Positions 9,803-20,068 of a stretch of 62,046 bases of DNA are shown here, in pieces. This stretch comes from a virus (lineage: Duplodnaviria; Caudoviricetes): IMG/VR virus record IMGVR_UViG_3300032295_001918, positions 1-62,046 of that record; one strand, 5' to 3'. The translations under genes and the position numbers were made by a program. The notes beneath the pieces are model-generated. The model worked only from the letters and a program-made list of their open reading frames with translations. It did no database searches and was not told where the DNA came from. Numbering within the stretch: the stretch's first letter is position 1; each line of letters starts with the position of its first letter.

Positions 9803-10255
9803 ATGTCTTATGCACGAGTGGAAGATGGTAAAATAATAGAACGTACCAATTCATTACCTAATAGTTGGGATAACATATCCAATTTTAATACTTTAAATAA
9901 AGAAGAAATAACCAATCATGGTTGGTATGTTCATAAGTTTATAGAGGCAGAAAAATTTGACGGATGTATCTGTGACGGAACAACGTATTCCATCGAAAAC
10001 AATGAAGTAGTGGAATATGAACAAGTTCGTTCAAAAACCACTGAAGAAATAAATTCTGAAATAGAATCTAAATGGATTGAAATACGGTCTCAAAGAAATA
10101 TACTCTTAACAGAATCAGATTGGACACAGTTATCAGACTCACCATTGAATAATCAAAAACAAATAGAATGGCAATTATATCGTCAACAATTAAGAGATAT
10201 AACATTAGCAGATAGTCCATACGGTATAAGTTGGCCATCAAAACCAGAGTCTTAA
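9803..10255 (+). CDS. Phage tail fibre assembly chaperone
   Basis: C-terminal WIEIRSQRNILLTESDWTQLSDSP...WQLYRQQLRDIT...WPSKP signature. Confidence 0.85.
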   Translation: MSYARVEDGKIIERTNSLPNSWDNISNFNTLNKEEITNHGWYVHKFIEAEKFDGCICDGTTYSIENNEVVEYEQVRSKTTEEINSEIESKWIEIRSQRNILLTESDWTQLSDSPLNNQKQIEWQLYRQQLRDITLADSPYGISWPSKPES

Positions 10256-10256
10256 T

Positions 10257-12029
10257 ATGGAAAATAATAAAATAGTTAAATTTTTAAAAGAATTGAATCT
10301 ATCTATATTCAATGAAAATGAATTGGTTGATAAAGATATTATTGTACTTTTTCCGGGAAAGTTTCAACCAATGGGACAACACCAAAGAGAAGAATATTTT
10401 AGACTTAGTAGACAATTTGGCAAAGATAATGTTTACGTTGTAACCGATGATAAATTCAATTCAAATACAAATCCACTCAACTTTGAAGAAAAAACTGCCA
10501 TAATAAAAAGACATGGCATAAAAAATATAGAGAAGGCTATAAATCCATTCATGCCTATAGAGTTGTTTCAAAATTTAGATGAAACCAAAACTACTATAAT
10601 AATAGCAGTTAGTTCAAAGAATTTGTCAAAACTAAAAGAATTTAAAAGATTAACCAAATATAATAAGTCATCGCATTTACCAATAAAGGACATTCAAAAT
10701 CCATATGTTTATTATACCTTAACAAACAATGTAAAATACACATTGCCTAGTTTTGGTGAACTCAACTCCAAAAATATTTTTAAAGCTTTAAGTGACAGAC
10801 AAGCAAAATTAACTGAATTGAAATCTAGATTCATTTCAGTGTTTGGTTGGTTTGATGCTAATATATTTAACACTGTGATGGAAAAGTTCAATTCAACACG
10901 TGGTAAGTTAAAAGACGGTAAAGAAGAATTAAAGCCTTTACAAATGGTTACAAGAACTTTTTGGGATAAGGTATACAATGAAGTTATAAGTGAAAATACA
11001 ATAAATGAGGTTGCAACGCTACCACCTCTTATGTTGACAAATTTGGAAACCATTGCAAAAGAACACTTTTATAAATTAGAAACATATATCCAAAGTGAAA
11101 CTACCGTAGATGAATTCGAAGCTAAATTGAACAATAATAGCTCAAATATAGATGAGTTAATAGAAAAATCATTGGATATAATAAATCCATTTATTAAAAA
11201 CGAAGAATATGTTAAGGCTTTAAAAAGTGAATATCCGAATGCTTATAAACAAATACGTTTGAATAAATTTACAATAACATTTAGAAATAAAATCGTTGTA
11301 ATTGATTTTGCATATGATAAGTTTAAGAATTTGATAGATTTGGCATTAGATGATGAATTACCAGGAACATTTATTGAAAAATTGGAAAGAAATAAAAGGG
11401 GTGGTGATTGGAAAAAATACGAATTAGAAATAAAACGTATAAAAAATTACAATAACTTCTCCGTTGGTAGTCGTGGATTATTCAATTCAGTTGGCTCTAT
11501 TTATAGTAATAATTTTAAATTTAAGTCCATACTGAATATAAACATAGATTGGTTTATGCTTTACATAAAATTGTTGTTGGCTAAAAATGGTTTCTTACAA
11601 TCTACTATGAAACAAGTTATTGATAGTTATATCAAAGAAACATATATTAGTATACTGTCACATGAATTGATACACTTGGTTCAAGACATAAAACAACAAA
11701 TAAATACAGGTGAACGTAAACCATCGAGTTATGAATTCACAGATGCTGAAAAAATAGGTACTGAGAAATTCAATAAAATGTACTTATCAGATAAGGCAGA
11801 AATTGGAGCACATGCTTTTCAATTCGTAACGGATTTGAAAAATGTTTATCCTAACAAATCCGATGATGAGTTATTACAATTATTTCAAAGTGGTAAACTA
11901 CCAAAAAAGAAATTTTCACCTATGTATAATTACATAGGATATTACATGAATATGTTGAATAATAAAAAGCAGGATAGTACTGTTAAGAGATTTATAAAAA
12001 CCGTGTTTTTGATATTAAAAAAAGATTAA
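10257..12029 (+). CDS. Two-domain protein: degenerate HIGH-type nucleotidyltransferase plus C-terminal HExxH zincin-like domain
   Basis: N-terminal VLFPGKFQPMGQHQ...NPLNFEEK; C-terminal SHELIHLVQ...YLSDKAEIGAHA. Confidence 0.55.
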   Translation: MENNKIVKFLKELNLSIFNENELVDKDIIVLFPGKFQPMGQHQREEYFRLSRQFGKDNVYVVTDDKFNSNTNPLNFEEKTAIIKRHGIKNIEKAINPFMPIELFQNLDETKTTIIIAVSSKNLSKLKEFKRLTKYNKSSHLPIKDIQNPYVYYTLTNNVKYTLPSFGELNSKNIFKALSDRQAKLTELKSRFISVFGWFDANIFNTVMEKFNSTRGKLKDGKEELKPLQMVTRTFWDKVYNEVISENTINEVATLPPLMLTNLETIAKEHFYKLETYIQSETTVDEFEAKLNNNSSNIDELIEKSLDIINPFIKNEEYVKALKSEYPNAYKQIRLNKFTITFRNKIVVIDFAYDKFKNLIDLALDDELPGTFIEKLERNKRGGDWKKYELEIKRIKNYNNFSVGSRGLFNSVGSIYSNNFKFKSILNINIDWFMLYIKLLLAKNGFLQSTMKQVIDSYIKETYISILSHELIHLVQDIKQQINTGERKPSSYEFTDAEKIGTEKFNKMYLSDKAEIGAHAFQFVTDLKNVYPNKSDDELLQLFQSGKLPKKKFSPMYNYIGYYMNMLNNKKQDSTVKRFIKTVFLILKKD

Positions 12030-12038
12030 AGGTGAGTT

Positions 12039-12773
12039 ATGCTTAAAATTGATGGTGTAGAAGATGTAAAAAAACTTTTACATGGTGAACATTCAGAACA
12101 ACAAAAAGTAACGGTAGGATACATCCCCGATGGTGAAAAAAAGTCTGAAAGTAGACAAGTTGGAGATAAATGGTTCGATTCCGATGGAAATGAGTGGGAA
12201 CAAAAAGAAGGATACACAGTTAAATTAGGAAAAGCGTGGCAACAAGAATTGCACGAATATCTTAATTCATTTCCAAATTGTAGGAAGGAGACATGCACAT
12301 GTTCCATGCCAAAACGATTAGATGAAAAAATGAGACGAATTCATGGAATGTGTTTTGATTGTGTTATAGATATGGAACACAAAATTCGTATTCAAGGTAA
12401 ATGGAATGAGTATGAAAAACAGAAAGTAAGAGACAATGCAATGGCTTGGTTAGCTGAAGCTGAAAAGGATAAAAACTTAATAGCTGAAGAGTTATCTAAA
12501 GTTGATTTTGCAAATGAATTCGGTGAATCTGAAAAATGGGATGTGCCATTTACGAAAGAAGAATTATTAAAAAAAATAGAAAAAGAATTTGAAGAATTCA
12601 AAGAAAATTTCATAGCTAAATTAGAAGAAGATATAAATAATCCAAATGTTGATGTAATACATACATACATACATGATATGAATAATCATCCAATGTTTAT
12701 TAAGAACGTTGATTTAAATAAAAATAACGTAATTAATTTGCCTATTTTAGAGAAAAATGTTGAGAAATCATAG
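12039..12773 (+). CDS. Hypothetical phage protein with a Cys cluster
   Basis: 244-aa ORF with CRKETCTC and HGMCFDC; AGGTG RBS. Confidence 0.6.
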   Translation: MLKIDGVEDVKKLLHGEHSEQQKVTVGYIPDGEKKSESRQVGDKWFDSDGNEWEQKEGYTVKLGKAWQQELHEYLNSFPNCRKETCTCSMPKRLDEKMRRIHGMCFDCVIDMEHKIRIQGKWNEYEKQKVRDNAMAWLAEAEKDKNLIAEELSKVDFANEFGESEKWDVPFTKEELLKKIEKEFEEFKENFIAKLEEDINNPNVDVIHTYIHDMNNHPMFIKNVDLNKNNVINLPILEKNVEKS

Positions 12774-13074
12774 TAATTTCAAAGAAATATTTTTAGGAAT
12801 TGGTGGAGAAATATCATCTAAGAGAGCTATAATGTTTTTATCATTTTTAACGATGATAATAATGGCTGTGGTATCAATATTTTACGATAAAAAAATAGAA
12901 CAATTTATATTTGATGGGTTTTTATACATAGTAGTTGGTAGTTTATTTTCTGTTGCATCTGAAAAATTCACTTCCGCCTATACAAGAATGAGAAGTGATG
13001 AATATTACCAAGAAAATTTAGAAGAAATTGGAGTAAATAATGAAAGAAATCGTCATAGAAAGAGCCGTTCCTAA
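12757..13074 (+). CDS. Small protein with two predicted transmembrane helices (holin-like)
   Basis: SSKR followed by two hydrophobic segments and a charged C-tail. Confidence 0.45.
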   Translation: MLRNHSNFKEIFLGIGGEISSKRAIMFLSFLTMIIMAVVSIFYDKKIEQFIFDGFLYIVVGSLFSVASEKFTSAYTRMRSDEYYQENLEEIGVNNERNRHRKSRS

Positions 13075-13615
13075 TAACAAAGAATTATATTCACGTATAA
13101 AATCGAGAATAAAAAGCAAGTATAAAGTTTGGCCAAGTGCATACGCTTCCGCAGCTGTTGTTAAAGCATATAAAGCTGCTGGTGGTGGTTATAGAAATGT
13201 AAAGGAAGTAATAAAAAATCCAAGTTATCAATTAGAGGGATATTCTACCAATGAATGTGGTAAAATAACAGAACTACATTTTAGATTAGGAGAATCCGAA
13301 AAACACAAAATAACTGAAGCTGAATATCGTGGTAGAAAAGTTTCGTTGGGTAAACCATTTAGAACACCAAGTGGTCCAAAGAAATTTTCAGTATATGTTA
13401 AAAATCCAAATGGAAATGTTGTAAAAGTAAATTTTGGTCATAAAGGGGAAGGTGGTCAAAAAACCATGAAGATAAAAAAGAGTAATGCCGCTCGTAGAAA
13501 ATCATTTAGAGCTCGTCATAGATGCAATACTCCAGGACCTAGACATAGTGCAAGATATTGGTCATGTAGATTTGGTTGGCCTAAATCTGGGAAAGGAGCA
13601 ATAGATAAGACATAA
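13040..13615 (+). CDS. Basic two-domain phage protein, possible internal head protein
   Basis: KVWPSAYAS...YKAAGGGY domain and KPFRTP..PKKFSVYV...RRKSFRARHRC...ARYWSC domain; GGAG RBS. Confidence 0.6.
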   Translation: MKEIVIERAVPNNKELYSRIKSRIKSKYKVWPSAYASAAVVKAYKAAGGGYRNVKEVIKNPSYQLEGYSTNECGKITELHFRLGESEKHKITEAEYRGRKVSLGKPFRTPSGPKKFSVYVKNPNGNVVKVNFGHKGEGGQKTMKIKKSNAARRKSFRARHRCNTPGPRHSARYWSCRFGWPKSGKGAIDKT

Positions 13616-13617
13616 TT

Positions 13618-14568
13618 ATGATTGCAACTATATTTAAAAATGTATTAAAACCGCTTATGCAACCCCTAACCTTGGCGGATTATGAACGTGCTGCTGATGC
13701 AATTGCAACTGCGTATGATGTTGCAAATGTTGGATCAAGCATGACACTTTTTGGTTCCACCTTACTAAAAGGTGACAAAGAAACCCTGAAGCAATTTTTA
13801 CTTCAGGGTTTAACTATGAATGCTGGAATAGTAAGGTATTTGCCAGTCGTTGAACCTGGTTGGACTATGATGGCAAATGGATTTTGCATGTATTGGGCAA
13901 CAGCTACATTTACACCCATACCACCAATGCCACCTATTGTAAGTCCACTTCAAGGGACACAAGTAATTTTTCCTGGAAGTCCTTCTGGATTAGATATTGG
14001 ATTAAAAGTTGCACTAACTCAAGGTGATTTAGATAATGCTTTAAATATACTTTCATTGGTATTAATAGCGCATCAATTAACTATTGCTGGAACATATAAC
14101 GGATTAGTACCAACTATACCAACCCCAATTCCCATGATAATGCCGTGGGTGGTTATATTAAGTATACCCGACTTAGATTTAGGAAAAAAAGATGATACAG
14201 TTGATCAGCCACAAGATGAAGATGTTGTTGAAGGAGGTGATCAAACCGATGATGAAGAAATTGGTGGTGGTGAAGATGAAATTGTTGTAGATCCATTAAC
14301 AGAACGATTAACAGAATTAGCTAAAAAATTAGCTGAACTCAATACATTGAGTTTGAATGATTTAAAGGAAAGACAAGATGAAGTAACATCTGCATTGGAT
14401 GAGTTAAACAAATTAGCATACGACGAAAAAATAATAGAATCACCAAAATATAGTCAAGTAGTTGGGCTTATGGTTTCTTTTAATATACTACTGAACAAAA
14501 TAAATTCAAATCAAGAAGTTCCTCCACAACGATTCCCGTTAGATGGCGATTGTATAGATTGTCCTTGA
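13618..14568 (+). CDS. Hypothetical protein with a Pro-rich/hydrophobic N-half, acidic linker and coiled coil
   Basis: 316-aa ORF tightly packed in the operon. Confidence 0.55.
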   Translation: MIATIFKNVLKPLMQPLTLADYERAADAIATAYDVANVGSSMTLFGSTLLKGDKETLKQFLLQGLTMNAGIVRYLPVVEPGWTMMANGFCMYWATATFTPIPPMPPIVSPLQGTQVIFPGSPSGLDIGLKVALTQGDLDNALNILSLVLIAHQLTIAGTYNGLVPTIPTPIPMIMPWVVILSIPDLDLGKKDDTVDQPQDEDVVEGGDQTDDEEIGGGEDEIVVDPLTERLTELAKKLAELNTLSLNDLKERQDEVTSALDELNKLAYDEKIIESPKYSQVVGLMVSFNILLNKINSNQEVPPQRFPLDGDCIDCP

Positions 14569-14589
14569 TAATTTATTTTTCATATATTT

Positions 14590-14940
14590 ATGAATATGAA
14601 CCAAGAAACTAAAAATATTATAAAAAGAATAATACGTGAATACGTCAGACAATACGCAATGGAAAATAAAAAACCAAAAGGTGGTTTAACTAAGTGGTTT
14701 AGGGAACGTTGGGTTGATATTTCTCGTAAGAAAAAAAGTGGTGGTCATCCACCATGCGGAGCTTCAGCCGGAAAACGTTCAAGACGTGATGGAAAGCGTG
14801 CATATCCCAAATGTGTTCCAGCTGCAAAAGCCGCTTCGATGTCAAAAAAACAAAAACGAAGTGCTGTAACCAGAAAAAGAAAATATGGAGCTACTGATAG
14901 GGGTAAAGCTAAAATGGTTTCAACCTATGCAAAGGATTAA
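14590..14940 (+). CDS. Small basic phage protein (GGLxKWFxExWVD type)
   Basis: GGLTKWFRERWVDIS...PCG...YPKCVP; the true start may be 14596 because an ATATTTAT motif overlaps 14584-14591. Confidence 0.6.
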   Translation: MNMNQETKNIIKRIIREYVRQYAMENKKPKGGLTKWFRERWVDISRKKKSGGHPPCGASAGKRSRRDGKRAYPKCVPAAKAASMSKKQKRSAVTRKRKYGATDRGKAKMVSTYAKD

Positions 14941-14942
14941 TT

Positions 14943-15281
14943 ATGGATGAAGTTATAGAAAAGAAAATAGGCAATATTATTAAAACGACTGTAATAGTAA
15001 TACTTTCAATAATATTCATATACATAGTCTATGATACACATTCAGCAAGAGAACAGATAAAATCATCAACTAAAACAAAAGATAGCTTAGAGGCATTGAT
15101 AAAAAAATATCATTATGACTACATTTTAATAAAAAAAAGAGCAGATGAATTGGACTCTTTGATAAAAATAAAAAATGATAGTGTAATAATAATAAAACAA
15201 AAATTTTACGTATATCGAAGTAAAGAGATAAAGAGTCCCGATGAAGCTACTAAATATATTATCAATTTCTTGAAGGAATAA
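14943..15281 (+). CDS. Membrane-anchored coiled-coil protein (i-spanin-like topology)
   Basis: N-terminal hydrophobic helix VIVILSIIFIYIVY followed by a helical domain. Confidence 0.45.
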   Translation: MDEVIEKKIGNIIKTTVIVILSIIFIYIVYDTHSAREQIKSSTKTKDSLEALIKKYHYDYILIKKRADELDSLIKIKNDSVIIIKQKFYVYRSKEIKSPDEATKYIINFLKE

Positions 15282-15284
15282 CCT

Positions 15285-15656
15285 ATGAAATATTTATTAG
15301 TATTCCTTTTTTCAGCATTAACGGTTTTAGCAAAGGAAAAAGATTCTACAGTAGGTTTTGAAAAAAAAGACGTTTTGTTATTAGCAAATAAAATTCAACT
15401 ATTAAAAGATTCAGTTTTTTACCTTAAAGACGTTATTAGGGTACAAGACACTTTAATATTATTACAAAAAGATAGGTTAAATTTTTATAACTATGAAATG
15501 AAAAACAGGAATGATATTATAGATGCGTGTGAAAAAAGAAGTATTGAATTAGAAAAAATAAATGAAGAACTACAACCTAAATGGTATGATAGTAAATTGC
15601 TTTGGTTTTTTAATGGTGTGGCAACAGTGGTTGGCATAGTTTTGGTGGTAAGATGA
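15285..15656 (+). CDS. Secreted coiled-coil protein with a C-terminal membrane anchor
   Basis: Signal peptide MKYLLVFLFSALTVLA; C-terminal LLWFFNGVATVVGIVLVV. Confidence 0.45.
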   Translation: MKYLLVFLFSALTVLAKEKDSTVGFEKKDVLLLANKIQLLKDSVFYLKDVIRVQDTLILLQKDRLNFYNYEMKNRNDIIDACEKRSIELEKINEELQPKWYDSKLLWFFNGVATVVGIVLVVR

Positions 15657-17242
15657 GTAACACAATTCCAAAAAATTTAAAAGATATTATAAAAGAAGAA
15701 TATGCTAAGTGCGCTGCAAATCCAGTACATTTTATGAAACGCTACGCCAAAATTCAACATCCAAAAAGAGGGAAGATACTCTTTGAATTATATCCGTTTC
15801 AGGAGGATGTTTTAAAGGAATTCAATGATCATAGATATAGTATAGTACTAAAATCAAGACAGCTTGGTATCTCAACTCTAATAGCTGGATACTCACTTTG
15901 GATGATGTTATTTAAACAAGATCAAAATATACTTGTTATTGCAACCAAACAAGAGACTGCAAAGAACTTGGTTACAAAAGTTCGTGTTATGTATGATAAT
16001 CTTCCAAGTTGGTTAAAAACTGGAGTCGTTGAGGATAATAAACTTTCACTTAGATTCAAAAATGGATCTCAAATAAAAGCTGTATCAGCTGCAGCTGACT
16101 CAGCACGTTCAGAGGCACTCTCACTTCTCATCATAGATGAGGCTGCCTTCATCGACGATATTGACAAGATATGGGCATCTGCACAACAGACACTTGCAAC
16201 TGGAGGTTCTGCTATAATAAACTCCACACCAAACGGAATTGGTAACTTTTATCACAAACAATGGGTAAAAGCATCACTGAAGGAAAGCACATTTAATCCA
16301 ATAGAACTATTATGGCAGGTTCACCCCGATAGAGACCAAAAATGGAGAGATGAACAGGATATACTCTTAGGACCAGATTTAGCAAAACAAGAGTGTGACG
16401 GAAACTTCCTATCATCAGGACGTTCTGTTATAGAGGGTGAGTTGGTAAAATGGTACGAAGATACTTATATTTCTGAGCCAAAAGAAAGACGGGGAATAGA
16501 AGAATCACTATGGATTTGGGAATACCCCGATCCATCAAAAACATATATGTTAGTTGCTGACGTTGCTCGTGGTGACGGAAATGACTACTCAGCATTCCAT
16601 ATATTAGATATTGATAATTTAGAACAAGTAGCAGAATACAAGGGTAAGTTAGATACCAAAACTTACGGAAACATGCTGGTATCAATAGGCACAGAATATA
16701 ATGACGCAATGTTAGTTATAGAAAATGCTAATATAGGTTGGGCAGTTATACAACAAGTAATAGATAGAGGCTATCCAAACTTATACTATACTTACAAAGA
16801 AGACGGCTACATAGATCCATTAGTACATATACCCAAGGGTTACGATGTAAAAGATAAATCACAGATGGTTCCTGGATTCACAACAAGTTCAAAAACAAGA
16901 CCTTTACTAATATCTAAATTAGAAACTTATTTTAGAGAGAGAACACCAATAATAAAATCTATACGACTGATAGAGGAATTATATGTTTTTGTTTGGAACG
17001 GATCAAGAGCCGAGGCTCAGACTGGATATAACGATGATTTGGTTATGTCTTTTGCTATAGGCCTTTGGGTTAGAGATACTGCTTTAAAACTTCGTCAAGA
17101 AGGTATGTTAAGAACGAGATTAAGTTTAGATTACATGAATAAATCAACCGTAGTACACAAATCATCTGAATATATTCAAAATGATGGTTGGAATATGAAA
17201 GTAAATGGAAAAAATGAAGATTTAACTTGGTTGATAAAGTAG
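15653..17242 (+). CDS. terL: Terminase large subunit (T4 gp17-like)
   Basis: LYPFQ, KSRQLGIST (Walker A), LLIIDEAAFI (Walker B), STPNG, nuclease motifs ADVARGDGNDYS and NDDLVMS. Confidence 0.95.
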   Translation: MSNTIPKNLKDIIKEEYAKCAANPVHFMKRYAKIQHPKRGKILFELYPFQEDVLKEFNDHRYSIVLKSRQLGISTLIAGYSLWMMLFKQDQNILVIATKQETAKNLVTKVRVMYDNLPSWLKTGVVEDNKLSLRFKNGSQIKAVSAAADSARSEALSLLIIDEAAFIDDIDKIWASAQQTLATGGSAIINSTPNGIGNFYHKQWVKASLKESTFNPIELLWQVHPDRDQKWRDEQDILLGPDLAKQECDGNFLSSGRSVIEGELVKWYEDTYISEPKERRGIEESLWIWEYPDPSKTYMLVADVARGDGNDYSAFHILDIDNLEQVAEYKGKLDTKTYGNMLVSIGTEYNDAMLVIENANIGWAVIQQVIDRGYPNLYYTYKEDGYIDPLVHIPKGYDVKDKSQMVPGFTTSSKTRPLLISKLETYFRERTPIIKSIRLIEELYVFVWNGSRAEAQTGYNDDLVMSFAIGLWVRDTALKLRQEGMLRTRLSLDYMNKSTVVHKSSEYIQNDGWNMKVNGKNEDLTWLIK

Positions 17243-17260
17243 TTTTTGAAATTTTAAAAC

Positions 17261-17269
17261 ATATTTATA
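17261..17269 (+). promoter_or_regulatory. ATATTTATA late-promoter candidate before the portal gene
   Basis: Recurrent intergenic motif about 33 nt before the ATG. Confidence 0.65.
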
Positions 17270-17301
17270 TTCATGTAATAACTGTAAATTATAGGTGAAA
17301 A

Positions 17302-19173
17302 ATGGCTGAAAATAAATCATTTTTTGATAGACTAAAGACATTGTTTTCAACAAATGTTGTTGTTAGAAATGTTGGTGGTAAAAGACTAAAGGTTGTAGAT
17401 ACATCACGCTATCAAGCTGACGGTAATCCACATACATCTAAAGTTATTGACAGGTATGGAAGATTACATGGAACACGTGGAACTCCAATATCTGTCTATA
17501 ATCAATATAACTCATTCTCTGCAACAAAGATAGATTTATACACAGACTATGAAGCAATGGACACCGATGCTATAGTTGCATCTGCTTTAGACATATATGC
17601 GGATGAAAGTACATTAAAAAACGATCAGGGAGATGTGATTTCTATAATAACTGATAATGATAACATAAGAAAAATATTGAGAAATTTATTTTATGATGTG
17701 CTAAATATTGAATATAATTTGTGGCCTTGGGTTAGAAATTTATGCAAATATGGTGATTTTTATTTATACTTAGATGTAAAAGAAGGATTAGGTATAACCA
17801 ACGTTGTACCATTTTCACCATATGAAATGCAGAGAGAAGAGGGCACAGATCCTGAACACGTATACATGACAAAATTTATCTATGAAGGTCCTTTAGGTAA
17901 GGGTGAGTTTCAAAATTATGAAATAGCTCACTTCAGATTATTGGGAGACACAAATTTTTTACCGTATGGAAAGTCTATATTAGAGGGTGGTAGAAAGATA
18001 TTTAAGCAAATTCTTTTGATGGAAGATGCTATGTTAATTCATAGAATAATGAGAGCACCTGAAAAACGAGTGTTTAAAGTAGACATAGGAAATATACCAC
18101 CGAGTGAGGTAGATCAATATATTAATCAAATGATGACCAGAATGAAAAAGATTCCTTTTGTTGATGAGAAGACTGGTCAGTACAATCTGAGATTTAATAT
18201 GCAAAATATTTTGGAAGATTTCTACTTACCAGTTAGAGGGGCACAATCTGCAACTACAATTGAAACATTACCTGGATTACAATATCAAGCAATAGAAGAC
18301 GTACAATACCTTTTAAGTAAACTATTTGCAGCTTTAAAAGTACCAAAAGCATTTATGGGTTATGATGAAACAACAGAAGGTAAAGCTACATTAGCAGCTT
18401 TGGATATACGTTTTGCAAGAACAATTGAAAGAGTACAAAGAATTGTAATATCTGAATTAACGAAAATAGCAATAGTTCATTTATATTCACAGGGATATGA
18501 GAATGCTGATTTGGTTAACTTTGAATTAGCTTTAACTGGTCCTTCTATAGTTTATGAACAAGAAAAAGTTGCTATAATGAAGGAACGAACAGATTTAGCG
18601 GTACAGCTAATGGAAAACAAAATCTTATCACAAAAATACATATACCGTAACATCTACAATCTCACAGACGATCAAATCGAGTTTGAAAGAAATGAAATAA
18701 TAGAAGATATAAAACAAAAATTCCGTCAAACACAAATAGAAAATGAAGGAAATGATCCAGCAATAACAAATGAATCATTTGGAACACCACATGATATTGC
18801 GTCTATTCATACTAAAAAGGGTGGTTCATATCAAATAAATGACGGTGAAACTCCAGAAGGAGGATGGCCTGGTGCAGGCAGACCTTCAAAAAATTTGAAA
18901 TATGGAACAGATGACCACGTATACGGTAGAGATCCTATAGGTAAAAAAGATGTTGGTAATACATTAAAGGTTAGAAATACACTAAAACAAGACTATAAGA
19001 AAAACTCACCGCTGTCTTTAGAAGGAAAAGAATTTGAAAATCTCATAAATAGTATGTCAACTATAAAGATTAAAACGAAAGAAATAATATCTGAAAGTTT
19101 GAAACCAAGTAAACTTATAGAAGAAAATGAGCCAAATTTATTAGATGAAAACAATTTATTAGATGAATTATAA
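17302..19173 (+). CDS. Portal protein (T4 gp20-like)
   Basis: LMEDAMLIHRIMRAPEKRVFKVDIGN, EDFYLPVRG, IETLPG and ALKVPK motifs; follows the terminase. Confidence 0.95.
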   Translation: MAENKSFFDRLKTLFSTNVVVRNVGGKRLKVVDTSRYQADGNPHTSKVIDRYGRLHGTRGTPISVYNQYNSFSATKIDLYTDYEAMDTDAIVASALDIYADESTLKNDQGDVISIITDNDNIRKILRNLFYDVLNIEYNLWPWVRNLCKYGDFYLYLDVKEGLGITNVVPFSPYEMQREEGTDPEHVYMTKFIYEGPLGKGEFQNYEIAHFRLLGDTNFLPYGKSILEGGRKIFKQILLMEDAMLIHRIMRAPEKRVFKVDIGNIPPSEVDQYINQMMTRMKKIPFVDEKTGQYNLRFNMQNILEDFYLPVRGAQSATTIETLPGLQYQAIEDVQYLLSKLFAALKVPKAFMGYDETTEGKATLAALDIRFARTIERVQRIVISELTKIAIVHLYSQGYENADLVNFELALTGPSIVYEQEKVAIMKERTDLAVQLMENKILSQKYIYRNIYNLTDDQIEFERNEIIEDIKQKFRQTQIENEGNDPAITNESFGTPHDIASIHTKKGGSYQINDGETPEGGWPGAGRPSKNLKYGTDDHVYGRDPIGKKDVGNTLKVRNTLKQDYKKNSPLSLEGKEFENLINSMSTIKIKTKEIISESLKPSKLIEENEPNLLDENNLLDEL

Positions 19174-19225
19174 TTTTTTTCTATATTTATTCTATGAAAG
19201 TGTACACAATTAGGTATAAGGAAAA

Positions 19226-20068
19226 ATGAAGAAAATAAAACACTCAAAGTTTAAAAATACCGGGATGTTATTTGAACTATTAACACGTCAAATAACATCT
19301 GATATTGTTTCTTCCAAAGAATCCGCAGCTATTCATATTCTGAGAAAACATTTTGGAAAGGGCACGGAACTTATAAAGGAATACAAACTTTATAAAACTC
19401 TTTGTGACGAAAAATTAAAATCCGAGACAAAGGCTAATATGTTAATAGAGGCTGCTATTAAAGCAAAGCGTGGATTGGATAGAAAAAAATTAACAGAGGA
19501 AAAATATCAACTTATAAAGGCTATAAAGGATAATTTTGATATAGATTCATTTTTCCAAACTAAAGTTCAAAATTATAAGTTATTGGCTTCAATATACAAG
19601 TTGTTTGAATATAAGGACGTAGAAAATCCGTTAGAGTTAACTAAGTCGAGAATAACGATATTGGAAACTATAACCACGAGGTCTTCAAATCAACTTATAT
19701 CCGAAACTGTTCAAATATCAAATGAACCAAAAGAGGTAAGATTACTTTCACAAAAACTTTTAGTAGAAAAATTTAATAAAAAATATAGTGATTTGAATGA
19801 AAATCAAAAAGTCTTATTACGTGAATACATAAGTAATGTAAGCAATACCAATAACCTTAAAGCATTAATTCAATCTGAAGCAGTTCACATAAAGGATGTA
19901 TTTACAAAAAACATGTTTAAAGTTAAAGACGCTGCTTTAAAAATAAAATTAACAGAAGTTGTTAATTTATTGGATGAATATAAAAATATAAAAAAGATAG
20001 AAGAAAACCATATATCTGCTATTCTAAGATATTATAGTTTGATAGAAGATTTATCATGGAGTAAATAA
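19226..20068 (+). CDS. Hypothetical head-module protein
   Basis: 280-aa helical ORF (KIKHSKFKNTG.LFELL) after the portal; ATATTTAT at 19183-19190. Confidence 0.6.
   Translation: MKKIKHSKFKNTGMLFELLTRQITSDIVSSKESAAIHILRKHFGKGTELIKEYKLYKTLCDEKLKSETKANMLIEAAIKAKRGLDRKKLTEEKYQLIKAIKDNFDIDSFFQTKVQNYKLLASIYKLFEYKDVENPLELTKSRITILETITTRSSNQLISETVQISNEPKEVRLLSQKLLVEKFNKKYSDLNENQKVLLREYISNVSNTNNLKALIQSEAVHIKDVFTKNMFKVKDAALKIKLTEVVNLLDEYKNIKKIEENHISAILRYYSLIEDLSWSK

Noticed and set aside
15653-17242. Introns, inteins or homing endonucleases in terL, recA or capsid genes
   Set aside because: The proteins have normal lengths and contiguous motifs, and no LAGLIDADG, HNH or intein signatures were seen.
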